A DNA stretch of 64,000 bases from Lepidodermella squamata. Taxonomy: Eukaryota > Animalia > Gastrotricha. The first letter of the stretch is position 1, and every line of letters begins with the position of its first letter. The notes beneath the pieces were generated by a model that saw nothing but the letters and a program-made list of their open reading frames with translations, had not been told where the DNA came from and did not search any database. Location: the NCBI GenBank assembly GCA_047495785.1, contig JBLDXI010000042.1:1178001-1242000 (forward strand), read 5' to 3'. Shown piece after piece: positions 24,751 through 37,380 of the stretch. The translations under genes were made by a program, and so were the position numbers.

Positions 24751-25757
24751 TTGCGAAACTTGCGAGTGAATAAAACTGAGATTGACTTGATTGAATTCTA
24801 AGCGAAACTTGGAAAAACGGGAAAATCGTTTTGTTTTGTTGTAGCATTAGACCGACTCTTCCTTGTAAGGATCGATTCTTGTCAATTATGGGAACAAAAT
24901 ACCATCTAAGCTGTTCCATCTAAGGAGTCATTTAAAGGAGCATAAAGCCCAAAGACCAAGGACATCACATGCTAGAAGCTTGAGAAACCTCAAATCTCGT
25001 GTTCTATCGTGATATAGCAATATTGAATGGTAAAAATGCTGGATTTTCACCGATTCAATCCCCTTATGTTCTTCAAGAAACCTATGTAAATAAGGAACAA
25101 AAGTCGTAAAGAGGCACTTTATTGGCGTTCATGAAGCAATCGCACGACATGTAATAGCACTCATCATCTGACTCATCTGAGTGATTTTCCAGCTAGCGCC
25201 GTAATCCATCTCAACACGGCTAACATACGAGCCGAATGTATCACTTGTGCTGCACGGTAATTTCATAGATTACTAGATCCCACAGCGCCTATTCGATGCG
25301 AAGCCTCCAACGGAGAAGACCCCAAAATACTGGCTGCAGAGCAGTCGCGCGCTACCTCCTGCGGCTGTTCATCGCTACGACTGCTCGGTTGCTCCATGGC
25401 CACGTTGCTCTCAAGATCAGCATTTGCGAAAACAGCCGATGAAACCTGTTAAATGGGCGATTATAAAGGAATCTCGCATATGAAGGAGAACAAACCAAGA
25501 GAGCGAATACCACTGCAAATTTCAGCATGGTTAGGCGAAATACTCAAAAATTGGAAGTTTTACAGGAGAAGAGGAAAGCATACGAATGAATTTGAATGCC
25601 TCACGCCTCTCGAAGACCACCAATTCCTGCTGGTTAATTGAATGCGAGCAATGACGTAAGTTATACGCCGTAAACTTCGGTTCTTAGGTTTACTTTCTAT
25701 TCAACTTCCGCTTCATTACGTCATCAATTGACGCAAAGGAAATAACAGCTGGATCTA

Positions 25758-26507
25758 AAGTATGCGTAATATTTTTTTTGCATCGCATTTTTTCAATAAC
25801 TTTTCAACCATGAGGAATGTTTTAAAGTGGTTTTCACCAGTCGATAGATCTAGTCTGCGGTAAACTTTCCTCAAATTTTCATTTGAATTGGGTGCGAGAG
25901 AAAAAATTGGTGACGAAAATTCTGTCCGCGATTTTCATTGAAAATTCTCATTTTTGAAAAATGCTATTTTTGCATTTTATTTGGTCTGAATTGATTGTCT
26001 CTCTTGCCAGGGGCTTCAAGTTTTTTTGAGAGGATGGTCCGTAATGGATCTACGTCACCGATTCCTGAAAAAACATTGTACAACCATCCAAAACTGAAGG
26101 CTTCATAAAATTGGCACAAATCATTCACAAAATTCCGAAAATTCATTTCGGATCGCGGTTGGTGGATAAGACCTTCTTTGTGGCCGCTAAGTCGAATTTC
26201 CTTGTTGACAGCGCGTTATTGACCTAATTCCCTGCTAAATAAAATTCCGATAAAGCCTTTCAACAGGATGATGTCTTCCAACCTCAAATCCTGTAAAATG
26301 CCATTTTTCAAAAATGAGAATTTTCAATAAAAATCGCGGACAGAATTTTCGTCACCAATTTTTTCTCTCGCACCCAATTCAAATGAAAATTTGAGGAAAG
26401 TTTACCGCAGACTAGATCTATCGACTGGTGAAAACCACTTTAAAACATTCCTCATGGTTGAAAAGTTATTGAAAAAATGCGATGCAAAAAAAATATTACG
26501 CATACTT
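25758..26507. mobile_element. Non-autonomous long-TIR (foldback/MITE-like) DNA transposon, ~750 bp
   Basis: ~208-bp arms (25756-25963 and 26302-26509) are near-perfect reverse complements (one mismatch seen). Flanked by TA; no transposase ORF. Confidence 0.85.
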
Positions 26508-26907
26508 TACAATTGATCACGCCACGAAGCCAGCGGTATTGTTGAAATTTATGAATTTGATGATTTAATCATTATTTTGGGGTTTTGGGTGATAGTGTCT
26601 CTATCGCCTAGCCCCTATCCTGAAAAAGCCACTTGTGACCCTGAAATTCAAGCATTTGATAGGACGATCCTTATAGGTATCGACGAATGAAAAGACTATA
26701 ACCAAGGCCCGATTCGAATTCGTTGGCCGCAAAGCATACACGTAGCCTTAACGTAGTGCCTTTTGTTTTTGTCATTTTTCACTGACGTGTACAGTTCTCA
26801 ACAACAAAAGATGATGTAGCGTATAGTAAAAGAACAATAAAAACTTGACACAGGCAGCTTCATCAATGAGCAGTAAATAAAAGTTAAGCCGTTTAATGTA
26901 GCAAAAA

Positions 26908-28838
26908 ATGGGTAAATCAAACAGATTATTCAAGATCATCGCCGTCTTGACGGCTTTCTACGTATTTTTGAAATACACCCCCATCGGAAAATATGCCGGG
27001 AAGCAATTATTGGCTCAACTCCATCGAACACCAGCTTCTGTTAAGCTACTCAAAGCAATAAAATCTCATGTAACCCAACGGCAGCCGGAAATTGGCGATG
27101 AAGGAGCGTTATTTTACGAGGGCTATCGGCTCAGCCAGATAGGCCAGATGAAAGAAGCTGTTGCGATGTTCAACGAATCGTGGCGGGCGTACAATCTATC
27201 AAAAGAGGCCGGCTATTGGCCTACCATCGCAATTTACAGCATTTTCGACCATTTCCAGTACAACCTTTACCGGCAAGCTGAGTATCAAGCTGCTTTTGAG
27301 ATATGCAAAACAGCGCTGAACTCGGAGGAGCTCGAACATGACGAAGAACAACGTCGATTTTTCCTCGTTCGAGCTATCAATGTGGAGGCGGAGGGGGCAA
27401 TTAAGAGGTCAGCGACCCCTAACAATCCTTTATTCAACCACCCGGTGCCTGCAATTTTCAAACCAGGGGATGAGAAAATCGGTTTAGAAATTGCTGTGAT
27501 GTACGATGCTGGCAAGCATTTCCAATACGCTCATCGTCTGGCTGTCGAAACGTGGCGGCTGTACAATGCTTCGCTGGAACTTGGTCGGAAGCCAACTGTT
27601 AACCTAGTTGATTTATTGGAGAAACTCATGGATTATACTCAGGGGCTGAAATACTTTGAGGAGAGTAAGATTTACGCTGATATACTTCGGCAAAACATGG
27701 ATGGATTGAGCGAGGAGAGAATCAAAAGTCTCCAGGGAAAATTCAGATTTGTCGATGCCAATGTCGTTTTCAATTTCTTAGAGGTAATTTCAAGCTTTTA
27801 AACTTTCCACCAAATTTAAAAATTATTTTTTAATTTTTAATTCCTAAATTTATTTTTCAATTTTTTTAAATTTTTAATGATGGATGAAATGTGAGTTGGC
27901 TGACCCATTTTCCTTTTTAATTTTTTTAGAAAAACGGAACTTCGTTGGACACTGCTCCAGTCGATGTACAAGTTGAGAAGGCTAAAGAACTGGAGAATAC
28001 CATGCGTTACGATCTATGCCGCGAAGATTCTGACATGGTAAAAGGTCTCAAGAAGCTTCACCAAGACCCTAAGCTCTACTGCCGATATTCGAATCGCGGC
28101 AGACATCCCCTTCTCATCTACGCTCCTGTAAAGGAGGAGATTCTTAACCACGATCCTGTAGCTGTTTTGATTCACGACTTTATCCGACCAGCCACTGCAA
28201 AACGGTTCATGGACGATGCTGATCCTCATTTATTCCAAGCCGGAACGATAAACCACGAGGCGGGCGCGTCGAATTTCAATTACATGCATAGACGCTCGAG
28301 GCATACGTGGATAAAATCTGACAACTACGAAGAATTCACGCGCAGGGTCGAGGCTGTTCTAGGATTGGATCCGACTGATAATATAGGCTGTGAGATGTAC
28401 CAGGTTAACAAATACGGAATCGGCGGTCACTACGGCGAGCATCCTGACTATCTTCACCCTACAGTCCACCCAGGCGGGGAGAGGATCGCTACTCTTCTTC
28501 TTTACTTCAATGAGGTCGAAGAGGGCGGGTGGACTGTTTTCACGAGATTAGGACTAAGGGTCGCCCCGGAGCAAGGGGCTGGCTTGTTTTGGTACAACGT
28601 CCATCGGAACGAGACAATCGACCCTCGAACCCATCACGCAGCCTGCCCATTGAAAAGCGGCATTAAATGGGTTGCTAACAAATGGTTCCGTTTTCGTGGT
28701 CAGTTTCACCTTAAACCTTGCGGCAAGACTGAGGTCGAACCTTTCACGATAAAAGATTTTGTCGCACCCAAGTGGCTGCGTAATAAGCCGATGACTTTCA
28801 AATACGTCGGACAATTGCCTCCTGATATCATGTATTAG
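26908..28838 (+). CDS. P4HA: P4H-6: P4HA-like, ~594 aa; exons 26908-27783 and 27930-28838
   Basis: HYGEHPD and HAACPLKSGIKWVANKW; signal anchor plus two TPR-like modules. Confidence 0.9.
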
Positions 28839-30830
28839 ATAGTAGGTAAATAAAATTGTTGGCTAACACGTCTGCGCATTCTTCAGATGACCGGCGCGTT
28901 TTTCATGCTAATTTACTACATTCCGCGCCTATTTCAGCTACGGATCGATATTACTCATCCTGTAAATAGCCTCTGGCAAATTCCAGCACGTGAAGCAAAT
29001 ATACACTTGAGTGATGAATCTTCACATGATAATCATTCATTTTTCAAGATTTTGTCGCTCTTGGAGAATGGCCAGAGAGATTTATATATGTATATATTAT
29101 TCATAATTTTATTAGTCGATTTTTTTGTCACGAGTAATGTGTGGGTCCATGCTCTTGATTAATATGCCCTCTTTTGCGTCAGCTGATTAAAACGCGTCAC
29201 TGGGAACGGGCCTTGGGATAATTCGATTATGAAAGCGAATTAGTGTCCCAGCAAAAATTCTCTCACTTAAAATTTAGCAGAATTTTCGCCAAAACGTACT
29301 TCGGGGTAGTACGCTCGATTTTTAAGTCATTTTTTTAAATTCTTTATACGGAAAACCTTAAAACGGTGGAACGCTTCGCCTAGCGCTGTTTTCATAAAAT
29401 TCTAATTTTTAGATTTCAGTTGAAATGGAACTTAAAACTTAAACCCAAGAGAAGTAAGCCTTGTCATTTTTGAGAAAAACTGTAGTTAGGTTCATTTTGT
29501 CCCACACTTATCTGTTAGATCTCCTTTCGTAAATAAAGGCCTTGATTAAATCACGCGGGACTAAAATCCCTTGTTCATCCTATGCTTTAAGCTTTTTTAA
29601 GGTTACAGAAAATTCACTGCTAAAAATAAGTAGAAATTTTCATAATTATCCGGGGGGAGCAACAAATCTATGCAAAAATCGATCGAACTCACACTCGGAC
29701 AAAATTCCATCTAAAAACAGCCTTCATACCTGGAATTTAGCCTTTTACAGGTTTAAAAAATTTTAGAAGTTATTTTTGCAGATTTGTCTAGAATTTTTCG
29801 AGACAGCAGGCATGCGATAAAGTCTGGACATTATAAAAACCCTCGACATTTCAAGTAGAAGAAATTTGATAATTTATTTTTTTATCGCATGTCAGCGTGG
29901 GTTCTTCCCCATAGCTAATTAGCGTTCTGTCTGCCTCAGGAATCAGTAATTGTCAGCTGAGAGCGCTATAGTCGAGACAGGAAACGACCCATTTCCACTT
30001 TCCCAAACATTTTTTTGTATAATGAAATCATTGTACTTGAATCCTCATGTTTTATTCACAACACCCATGTGACTCGTCTCGCTCAAAACTTGTGAAAATT
30101 TGTCGAAAATCTCCTTTTTCCAGAACGCATTTTAAGGCGCGACTTAACGCTGTTTTTGTAAAATTGGGGACTTTTCATGTCAAAAACAATCTGTGGGCAG
30201 TAGGGCACGAAATTGCAATTTTTAAGGGCGATTTTTTACTTCTCCGTAAACACGACAGCAGCTGGCTGTCGCAATCGGCAAACAATCAGTGACAAAGTGA
30301 GTGGACACGCTCGACTGACCGGCGGGGGGCGTATAGGGGATTAGTCAGTAGGTAGGTATACGCTTGCATACATATATACAAAAAACAATAGATCTCATTA
30401 GTTTACTATTGCGTGCATTGGCTGTATACACACACATATATACATGATGATTATTTACCTGAGTTTTTTTACCCTGCAGGTAAATGAGTAGGCGGCATAC
30501 ACACACGTGTTCCGTTTTACAAAAGTCCGCTCACTACAGCAACCGTATGGCATATGGTCGAGTCGTGTGCGGGCTAAACCATTGACGTCAAGGGGCATAT
30601 CTCGAGAGTAAATCACTACCCCACCAACTTTGTATACCTAATAAAATCTACCTGTAAAATCAGAAAGGTGGGCGGTATATAACTAATAGGCGTAACTACT
30701 ACTATAACCCACATATTTTTGTGATATTTGTTATCTCGTCCCTTGTCCACGAAGTGTCCGCTTTTTTATAAGCCAGGTAAACATGCTGTGTTGTTGCCTT
30801 TTTTTAGACATATTTACATTTTGTTGAAAA

Positions 30831-31649
30831 ATGGTTTTTCTTGCGAAACTTTTTATAACTCTGACAATTGCTGTTGCGACAAGCCAAGCTCTACCGACGA
30901 AAGTCGACCGGGAAACAACGCTGGGAACCCCGAAAGAAGTCGACGTCGATAAATCATTAGGTTTGTTTTAGAGTTTTATGCAAAAAATTAAAATATTCAA
31001 ATTTGTAAATGAGTCATATCATTTTGCACTAATAATAATGAAATACTTCACAAGTAAAAACGTGCTAAACGTGTAAAAATTCTTATATTAGTTTTACAAT
31101 TCATTGATATTAAAGTTAAAATAATGAATGGCCGTTTTTCGCCTTTTTACGCATATACGCATATTATTACTTATTTGCATAATTTATGCATAATATTCAT
31201 TATTCGCATAATTTGTTTTCCAATACACTCAATAAATTAAGAAAGGCCGAAAAATTAGGCGTTTTAGTTCAGTAATATATTTTTGATATTTTTATAGTTC
31301 AATTTTATTTAGAATCATTAATTTGTGTTCTGAAAAAAATTAATCCCATATTTTGTATTTTGTTACAGCTTTAGATACGGAAAATGCAGTAGAGGATTAT
31401 ATAAATGAGCTAGTCAAAAGCCGCGACTACGACCGTCTAATCTCTTTAATGCGGTACATTCGCGCGAAAGAAAAAGCTGCTTTCATCAACGACTGTATAA
31501 AAGCGTTCAGATCGCGGGCGATCTGCGACGGCACAGCGTCATTCCACGTGTGGCAAAAGGAGGCGGCGAGACGGCTGCAAAGTCAAAAACTCAGCGAGCA
31601 GGGCAAACGGTCGCGGAGGCTTGTAAACAAAATTCTAGTTTCTGATTAG
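30831..31649 (+). CDS. Orphan small secreted protein, ~136 aa; exons 30831-30960 and 31369-31649
   Basis: MVFLAKLFITLTIAVATSQA signal peptide. Phase-1 donor g|gtttg at 30961 joins acceptor gttacag| at 31368 in frame with the 31353 ORF. AATAAA at ~31662. Confidence 0.6.
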
Positions 31650-32236
31650 ATTCAAATTGTTAATAAAGTTTCACGTCATCTCATGTTTTAAACAACATTT
31701 TATCTCGACACACCATTTACGAATTTTTTTTTGGATGATGATGTTTTACCTATAGCGTTTTTTTGAGAGCCAAACAGCCGAACTGAGTATGCAATCTTAT
31801 CATACACATGAAACATTTGGTTATTTCTGTGAAGCATGTCGAACAAAATTGATTGGACGTGTAATAAATAATTGTGATTTTTGAAGTTCGAATCAATAGA
31901 ATTTAAGGTCTTTCCTGCTGGGCCGAAACGTTTTCAATCGGATTTGTTGTAGGTCTAAATTCTAGAGAAGATCTGAAACTCAAGATCCCTTTTTGAAAAA
32001 CTTAGCTCTAATCTAAAGTATCAACATTTTATCCTCAAACTTATAGGGTTCATTGCATCCCTCTTCCCATTCCTCCCCCTCAAATCCCAATATTGTGGGC
32101 TTCCTAAATTCGTTTTAATGTATGGCTGCATTGTCAGGCTCCTAAAGCTTGAAGTAAAGCAATTATGGGGGTTAGTTTAACCATCTCATGTTTACAATTC
32201 AAAGTCTCCTCACACACTATCTCATTCATGTTTTAA

Positions 32237-33512
32237 ATGCCACATGCAAGCATTATACTAGTCATCACGATCTTCATAGCCTCCAAGCTCTCTACATGCG
32301 ACGAGACCAGTGAAGCTCTCAAAAGAGCTCGATCCTACCAAGTTTCTGGCCAGTTTAAAACCGGCTTTGAATGGGCTATGAAAGCTTGGAAGCACTACAA
32401 CACCTCGATTGAAGCAAAGCAGCCTACAAATGTTGATCCAGTGGATTTATTCCTGGTTTTAACCGAGCTCAGCATCGGAAAATCCGAAAATATTGAGGAG
32501 GTTGAATTCCTTATCCGGCTTCTTCTTTCCCAGCCGAATTTAGCTCAACCAGATCGAGTTTCTTGGTCGAAAGCGTTGAAGAACATCAACGACCACAGAA
32601 TCAGAAGCTACTTAGAATTTAATGGGACTACCCTAAATAATGCACCGGTCGAAGTTCAGGCCCATAAAGCGAAGGAACTCAACTCGATTCAGGCCTACGA
32701 AATTTGCCAGGGCGAACCAAGGAAGGACCTTTACAAAAACCCAGCTTTGTTCTGTCGTTACGACTCACGAAATCACCATCCGTTATTGGTAGTTTCGCCT
32801 TTGAAAGAGGAATTTCTGTCCGATGAGCCGATGATCATTCTCATCCATGATGTAATTCGGGATAAAGAAATTGGCGTTTTGACGTCAATTGACAACAGTC
32901 TCCTTATGGACGGCAAGATAGGCGATCAGGTGAATCATGGCGTTAGGAGATCAAACATCAACTGGCTGTCTTCAGCTTCTCTTCCGGCGCTAAGCAGGCG
33001 TATTGAGGCTATAACTGGGTTGGATTCTAGAGACACAATCGCTGCCGATCCTTTGCAGGTCTGGTTTTATCGCTCTAGCTAACTGATTTTGTATAAAATG
33101 TTCACAGGTTAACAAATACGGCATCGGAGGCCACTATATGCCCCATCTGGACTCAATTTACCCGGCTGTTAGGCCGATGATAGGCGATAGGATCGCGACA
33201 TTAATGCTGTACCTCAACGATGTGGAGCTGGGTGGCGGGACGGCGTTTTTAAGGAAGTCATTTTACGTAAAACCGGAGAAGGGAGCTGGAATCTTCTGGT
33301 ACAACGTGCATCGCGATGAAAGCTACGACGTTCGAACGTTGCATGCAGCTTGCCCTGTGCTGTCTGGCGAGAAATGGGTGCTGAACAAATGGTTCAGAGC
33401 TCGGGGCCAGTTTTTGCATAGGCCTTGTACAAAGCCTGGAACTATTCCATTCATAGCTTCTGATTTCAATATTCCTAGATGGCTCCAAACCTCAAATAAA
33501 TTGAAATTGTGA
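32237..33512 (+). CDS. P4HA: P4H-7: short P4HA-like, ~408 aa (signal peptide plus one TPR-like module); exons 32237-33058 and 33108-33512
   Basis: LQ|VNKYGIGGHYMPHLD and HAACPVLSGEKWVLNKW; 49-bp intron. Confidence 0.88.
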
Positions 33513-34445
33513 ATCCAAATATAGTTTCAGAGAAACTCCCGTGGACTTTGTTTCATCACTTTTGGTTTGAATAATCGGCAAAAAATGTGGAGCTCGTGAA
33601 TCGTGAAATTTATTCAAGAAAGCTCTGGAGGTCGTCTGAGGTTTCGTGAATTTTCGGAAGAGGCTGAATGCCTGTAGCCAGCGATTTCATTTGCTTAGTC
33701 ACGTTAAATCTCATGATGCTTTCGTAGTAGTACATTTTGCGTATGACTACTGTGTACGACAAGTTGAGGGTGCGGGCAGGGTGCGATGTACAGGGTACAG
33801 GGAAGCTGAAGTGTCGTGAAACCATGAACCCACTCATGGCTTCGTTCAAGGAGGCGTGTTTGCACGAAACGACCCGGCTGGCAAAACACGTTTTACCCGC
33901 GAGTCATCGCCGTGAGCTCTATACGTTCACAGTTAAGATTTCTGGAGAATTCTCGTAAGAGTGTGCCAGTTGAGACTGGATGCATGTTCTTCGTTCAATG
34001 GTATGAAACGAGCGATGTTTAAACGTTCATTATCCCTGGACGAGGGCGTATGTGCGCATCACTGACAATGATAATCAACCACTGCTAAGAGAACAAAAAA
34101 ATTGAGAAAAAAGTGAATTATCATTTGAACACATCGGCGCTCACCAACCACATCAAACACGTCACGTCAAGCCTGAGCGCTACAAGTTCCAGGCTGCGGC
34201 TATAAAAGCGACCAAAATTATTCCAGCGCCCGTAGAATAATCTTCTGACAGATCGATTGTTCAATCTCATCAAGTTTTCTGCATGTTTTTTGATTGTTTT
34301 TTTCATAGTTGCTCCTCCTAAATGGTCAGGATCAGCTGGAAACCTTATCAAAACTGCGCGAGTTTTGCTATTTTTGATTCTACATTTTGCCTGATTTTGA
34401 TGAATTACGTTTTAAAGCCCAATAGTGGGAATTATTGCATTCTGA

Positions 34446-35407
34446 ATGAAATATTTGGCTCTAGCTATTATTCTCACCACCGCATGTGCGGTTGTCACAG
34501 CCTGCCCAGCTTCGACGACTACAACGCCCTGTCCAACGACTTCCGCAAGATCCGAAAGTTCAACTGCGACTTGTCCGAATGGCCAGAGCTGTCTTACCAC
34601 TACTAACCCATGCCCAAGTGGTCAAAGTTGCCTCGCCGCAGCAGCTACTTGCGCAACCGGTCAGAGCTGCCTAAGTACGACCAATCCATGCCCAAGCGGC
34701 CAGAGTTGCCTCGCGCCCACGGTCTGCCCAGCAGCAGTAAGTCATGCTTATGAACAGGAATCACGGAAATTTAAAAATCTTCTCTATAGCCAGCATTCAA
34801 GCTGTGCAAAATACCGGCGACTACAGGCGGCGCTGGTGTTCAAAAGACCAATGTTCAGTTCTGCACCTCACTCGCAGTAGAATGCAATGCATACATTTCT
34901 ACTGGCGTAGCTGTAAGCTTATTGCTGTGATTGCGATTTTGTGAGTGTTGAAATTTCTTCAGGCTAGCGCGACAACGTATCCAACCTTTAAGGATTGCTG
35001 CGCTGCTTCGACCCCTTCGACCGACATCAAGTATCAAGCCATTCCGCAACAATCAGATGGCCGGTCGGCAGCAATGGCATGTGTTGCAGCTGCAACTTCA
35101 AAGCCTTACGTCATCTTTAGCTCTAACATCAATGGCAATGGCTTTGGCGCTTGCATGAATTTCCCACACACCTCCAGCATTCAAAATCAAGTTCAAGTCA
35201 CCCAAACATTGGTAAATTATTGCCCCGAACATTCTAACATTAATTCATCAATCCTTTGTGATTATCAAGACACTCACTTCCGGCACCACTTACGCAGCTG
35301 CAACGTTTGCGGAATGCTGTGCCCTTATAGCTAACGCTCCTCTATCATTTGCTCAGGGTTTGGCTTATGGCTTGGTGGATATTGAGAGCTGTTTCTTCGT
35401 CGGATGA
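34446..35407 (+). CDS. Secreted Cys/Thr/Pro-repeat protein A, ~266 aa; exons 34446-34736, 34790-34912, 34963-35211, 35270-35407
   Basis: Signal peptide, 4 copies of a C-x-x-G-Q-S-C 13-mer, then a Cys-rich C-terminal domain. Three phase-0 introns; exon sizes 123/249/138 are identical in copies B and C. Confidence 0.85.
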
Positions 35408-35743
35408 AGCGAGCGGATGAAGGAAAACACGATAATCAACTATCGTAACTTCAATTACTACGCCTTACTTGTGTGCTTCATAGCCATTATATTTGAATAA
35501 ATATTTGCGTATCGATTTGTGAAGTCTATAAAGGCCTAGAACACCGAAATGTCGGCTGGAATATTATTGCTGATAATACTACAATAAAAGCGTGGCGTCT
35601 CGAGATTGCTGAACGGGATTTCATATAAATTCAAGTCCATCTTTGGTTCTATTGACATATACCTTGGTGGTCGTGGGATTTCTACAATAAAACATCACCT
35701 GGCTGGGTTCAACCTCTCTTCCGGAACTAAGCAGGTGTATCGA

Positions 35744-36136
35744 GGCATCGGGAGCCACTACATGCCCCATCTTGACTCGATTTACCCGGCTGTTAGGCCG
35801 ATGATAGGCGATAGAATTGCGACATTGATGCTGTACCTCAACGATGTAGAGCTGGGTGGCGGGACAGCGTTTTTAAGGAAGTCATTTTACGTAAAACCGG
35901 AGAAGGGAGCTGGAATCTTCTGGTACAACGTGCATCGCCATGAAAGCTACGACATACGAACTATGCATGCGGCTTGCCCTGTGCTGTCTGGCGAGAAATG
36001 GGTGCTGAACAAATGGTTCCGAGCTCGGGGCCAGTTTTTGCATAGGCCTTGTACCAAGCCTGGGCCTGTTCCCTATGAAGATTCTGATTTAAACATTCCT
36101 AAATGGCTTCAAACTTCAAACAAACGGAAGAAGTAA
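35744..36136 (+). pseudogene. Duplicated last (catalytic) exon of P4H-7 with no upstream exons
   Basis: Near-identical to 33120-33512 (HYMPHLD...HAACPVLSGEKW); similarity begins abruptly at ggcatcgg. Confidence 0.75.
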
Positions 36137-37380
36137 AACAAATAAATTAAATAAATTGAAATAGTGAATCCAAACAAAGTTTCATAAAAATTAAAGTGGA
36201 TTTTGTCTCATCATTTTTGGAGATCGTGTGAGGATTCAGGACTTTTCGGAATAGGCTGAATGCATGTAGCCAGCGAGTTCAATTCCATAGTCAATAGTCA
36301 TGTTGAAGCTCGTGAGATGCTTGCCAGTCAAGTAGAATCCTCTAGGGTCCTTTATGAAAATCCCGACAAAAACAAGGGGCAGCGAGTGAGAAACACCACC
36401 AGCAACTACAGCTTGCAAAACAGTCGAAGAACAGTGTCGACACGCTAGTCGCTGAATTTCTGTTGCTGCTCAAAACCGCGAATCCGGCGGATTAACCTGA
36501 TCTGTATCATTTTGTTAAATTTTCATTTTTCACGTGATTTTTTCATGTACAATTCAGATTTTCGCTGTTTTTTTGAGTTTCCTAAGATTCTCGAGAAAAT
36601 GCTTTTTTCGAGTTCGGGAGTTTCGAGACCACGTTTGCAAAATATTGCCCAAATTTCTAGCAGTTTCAAGTCATAGAGAAATTCCCACTGGCAAAACTTT
36701 ACCATGCGCATGTTGGAATGAAATGTCCCACCTCTCTGAATTTTCTCGGCTCCATTAGGTGCGCTCTGAGTTAGCACATTTAATTTGTCCACGAATGTGG
36801 GCTGCGTGCAAGGAAACACAAAACGAACCGGCTGGCAAAACACTTTTTACCCAAAAGTCATCGCCGCGAGCTTTCAGCTAGTGCTTTTGACAATTCTTGT
36901 GAGAAAGAGCAATGGAAGCTGGATGCGTGTTGTATGTTCAATGGTAATTAACGAGCATTATGCCTGGACGAGGGCGTATGTGCGCATCACTGACAATTGT
37001 GATCAAACCACTGCTGAGAAAAAGAAAAAATATACGTGAAGAAAAGTAAATTATCATTTGGACACCACACATGACACCACACATGTTCGCCAGGTTCATC
37101 AAGTATAGGATGAGCGCTTCAGGCTGCAGCAATAAAAGCGACATGCATTACGCCTGTCTCGGTAGAATGTGGCAGATTAAACACATGTTTCATCTTCGGC
37201 ACTGACGGAAGATTGAATGAAGTTCTCCTAAAGTTCTCTGAATCTTATTTATGTTTCTCGCAGCAGTTCCTCGACGTGGCCAGGTTCAGCAGAAAACCTT
37301 TTAAAAACTGCGCGTGATTTTTTATGTTTGATTCTAAATCTTGCCTGATCTTGCCTAATAGGGGAATTATTTGATTAGAA

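Noticed and set aside
34560-34730. Firm call of antifreeze protein
   Set aside because: Cys spacing is similar to beetle AFPs, but the regular Thr-Cys-Thr array is missing and Pro is frequent. Kept only as a hypothesis.
34737-34880. ORF-track C-termini of the repeat proteins (…RRLQAALVF…)
   Set aside because: These come from reading through intron 1 into the wrong frame. The spliced frame gives conserved exon sizes in all three copies.
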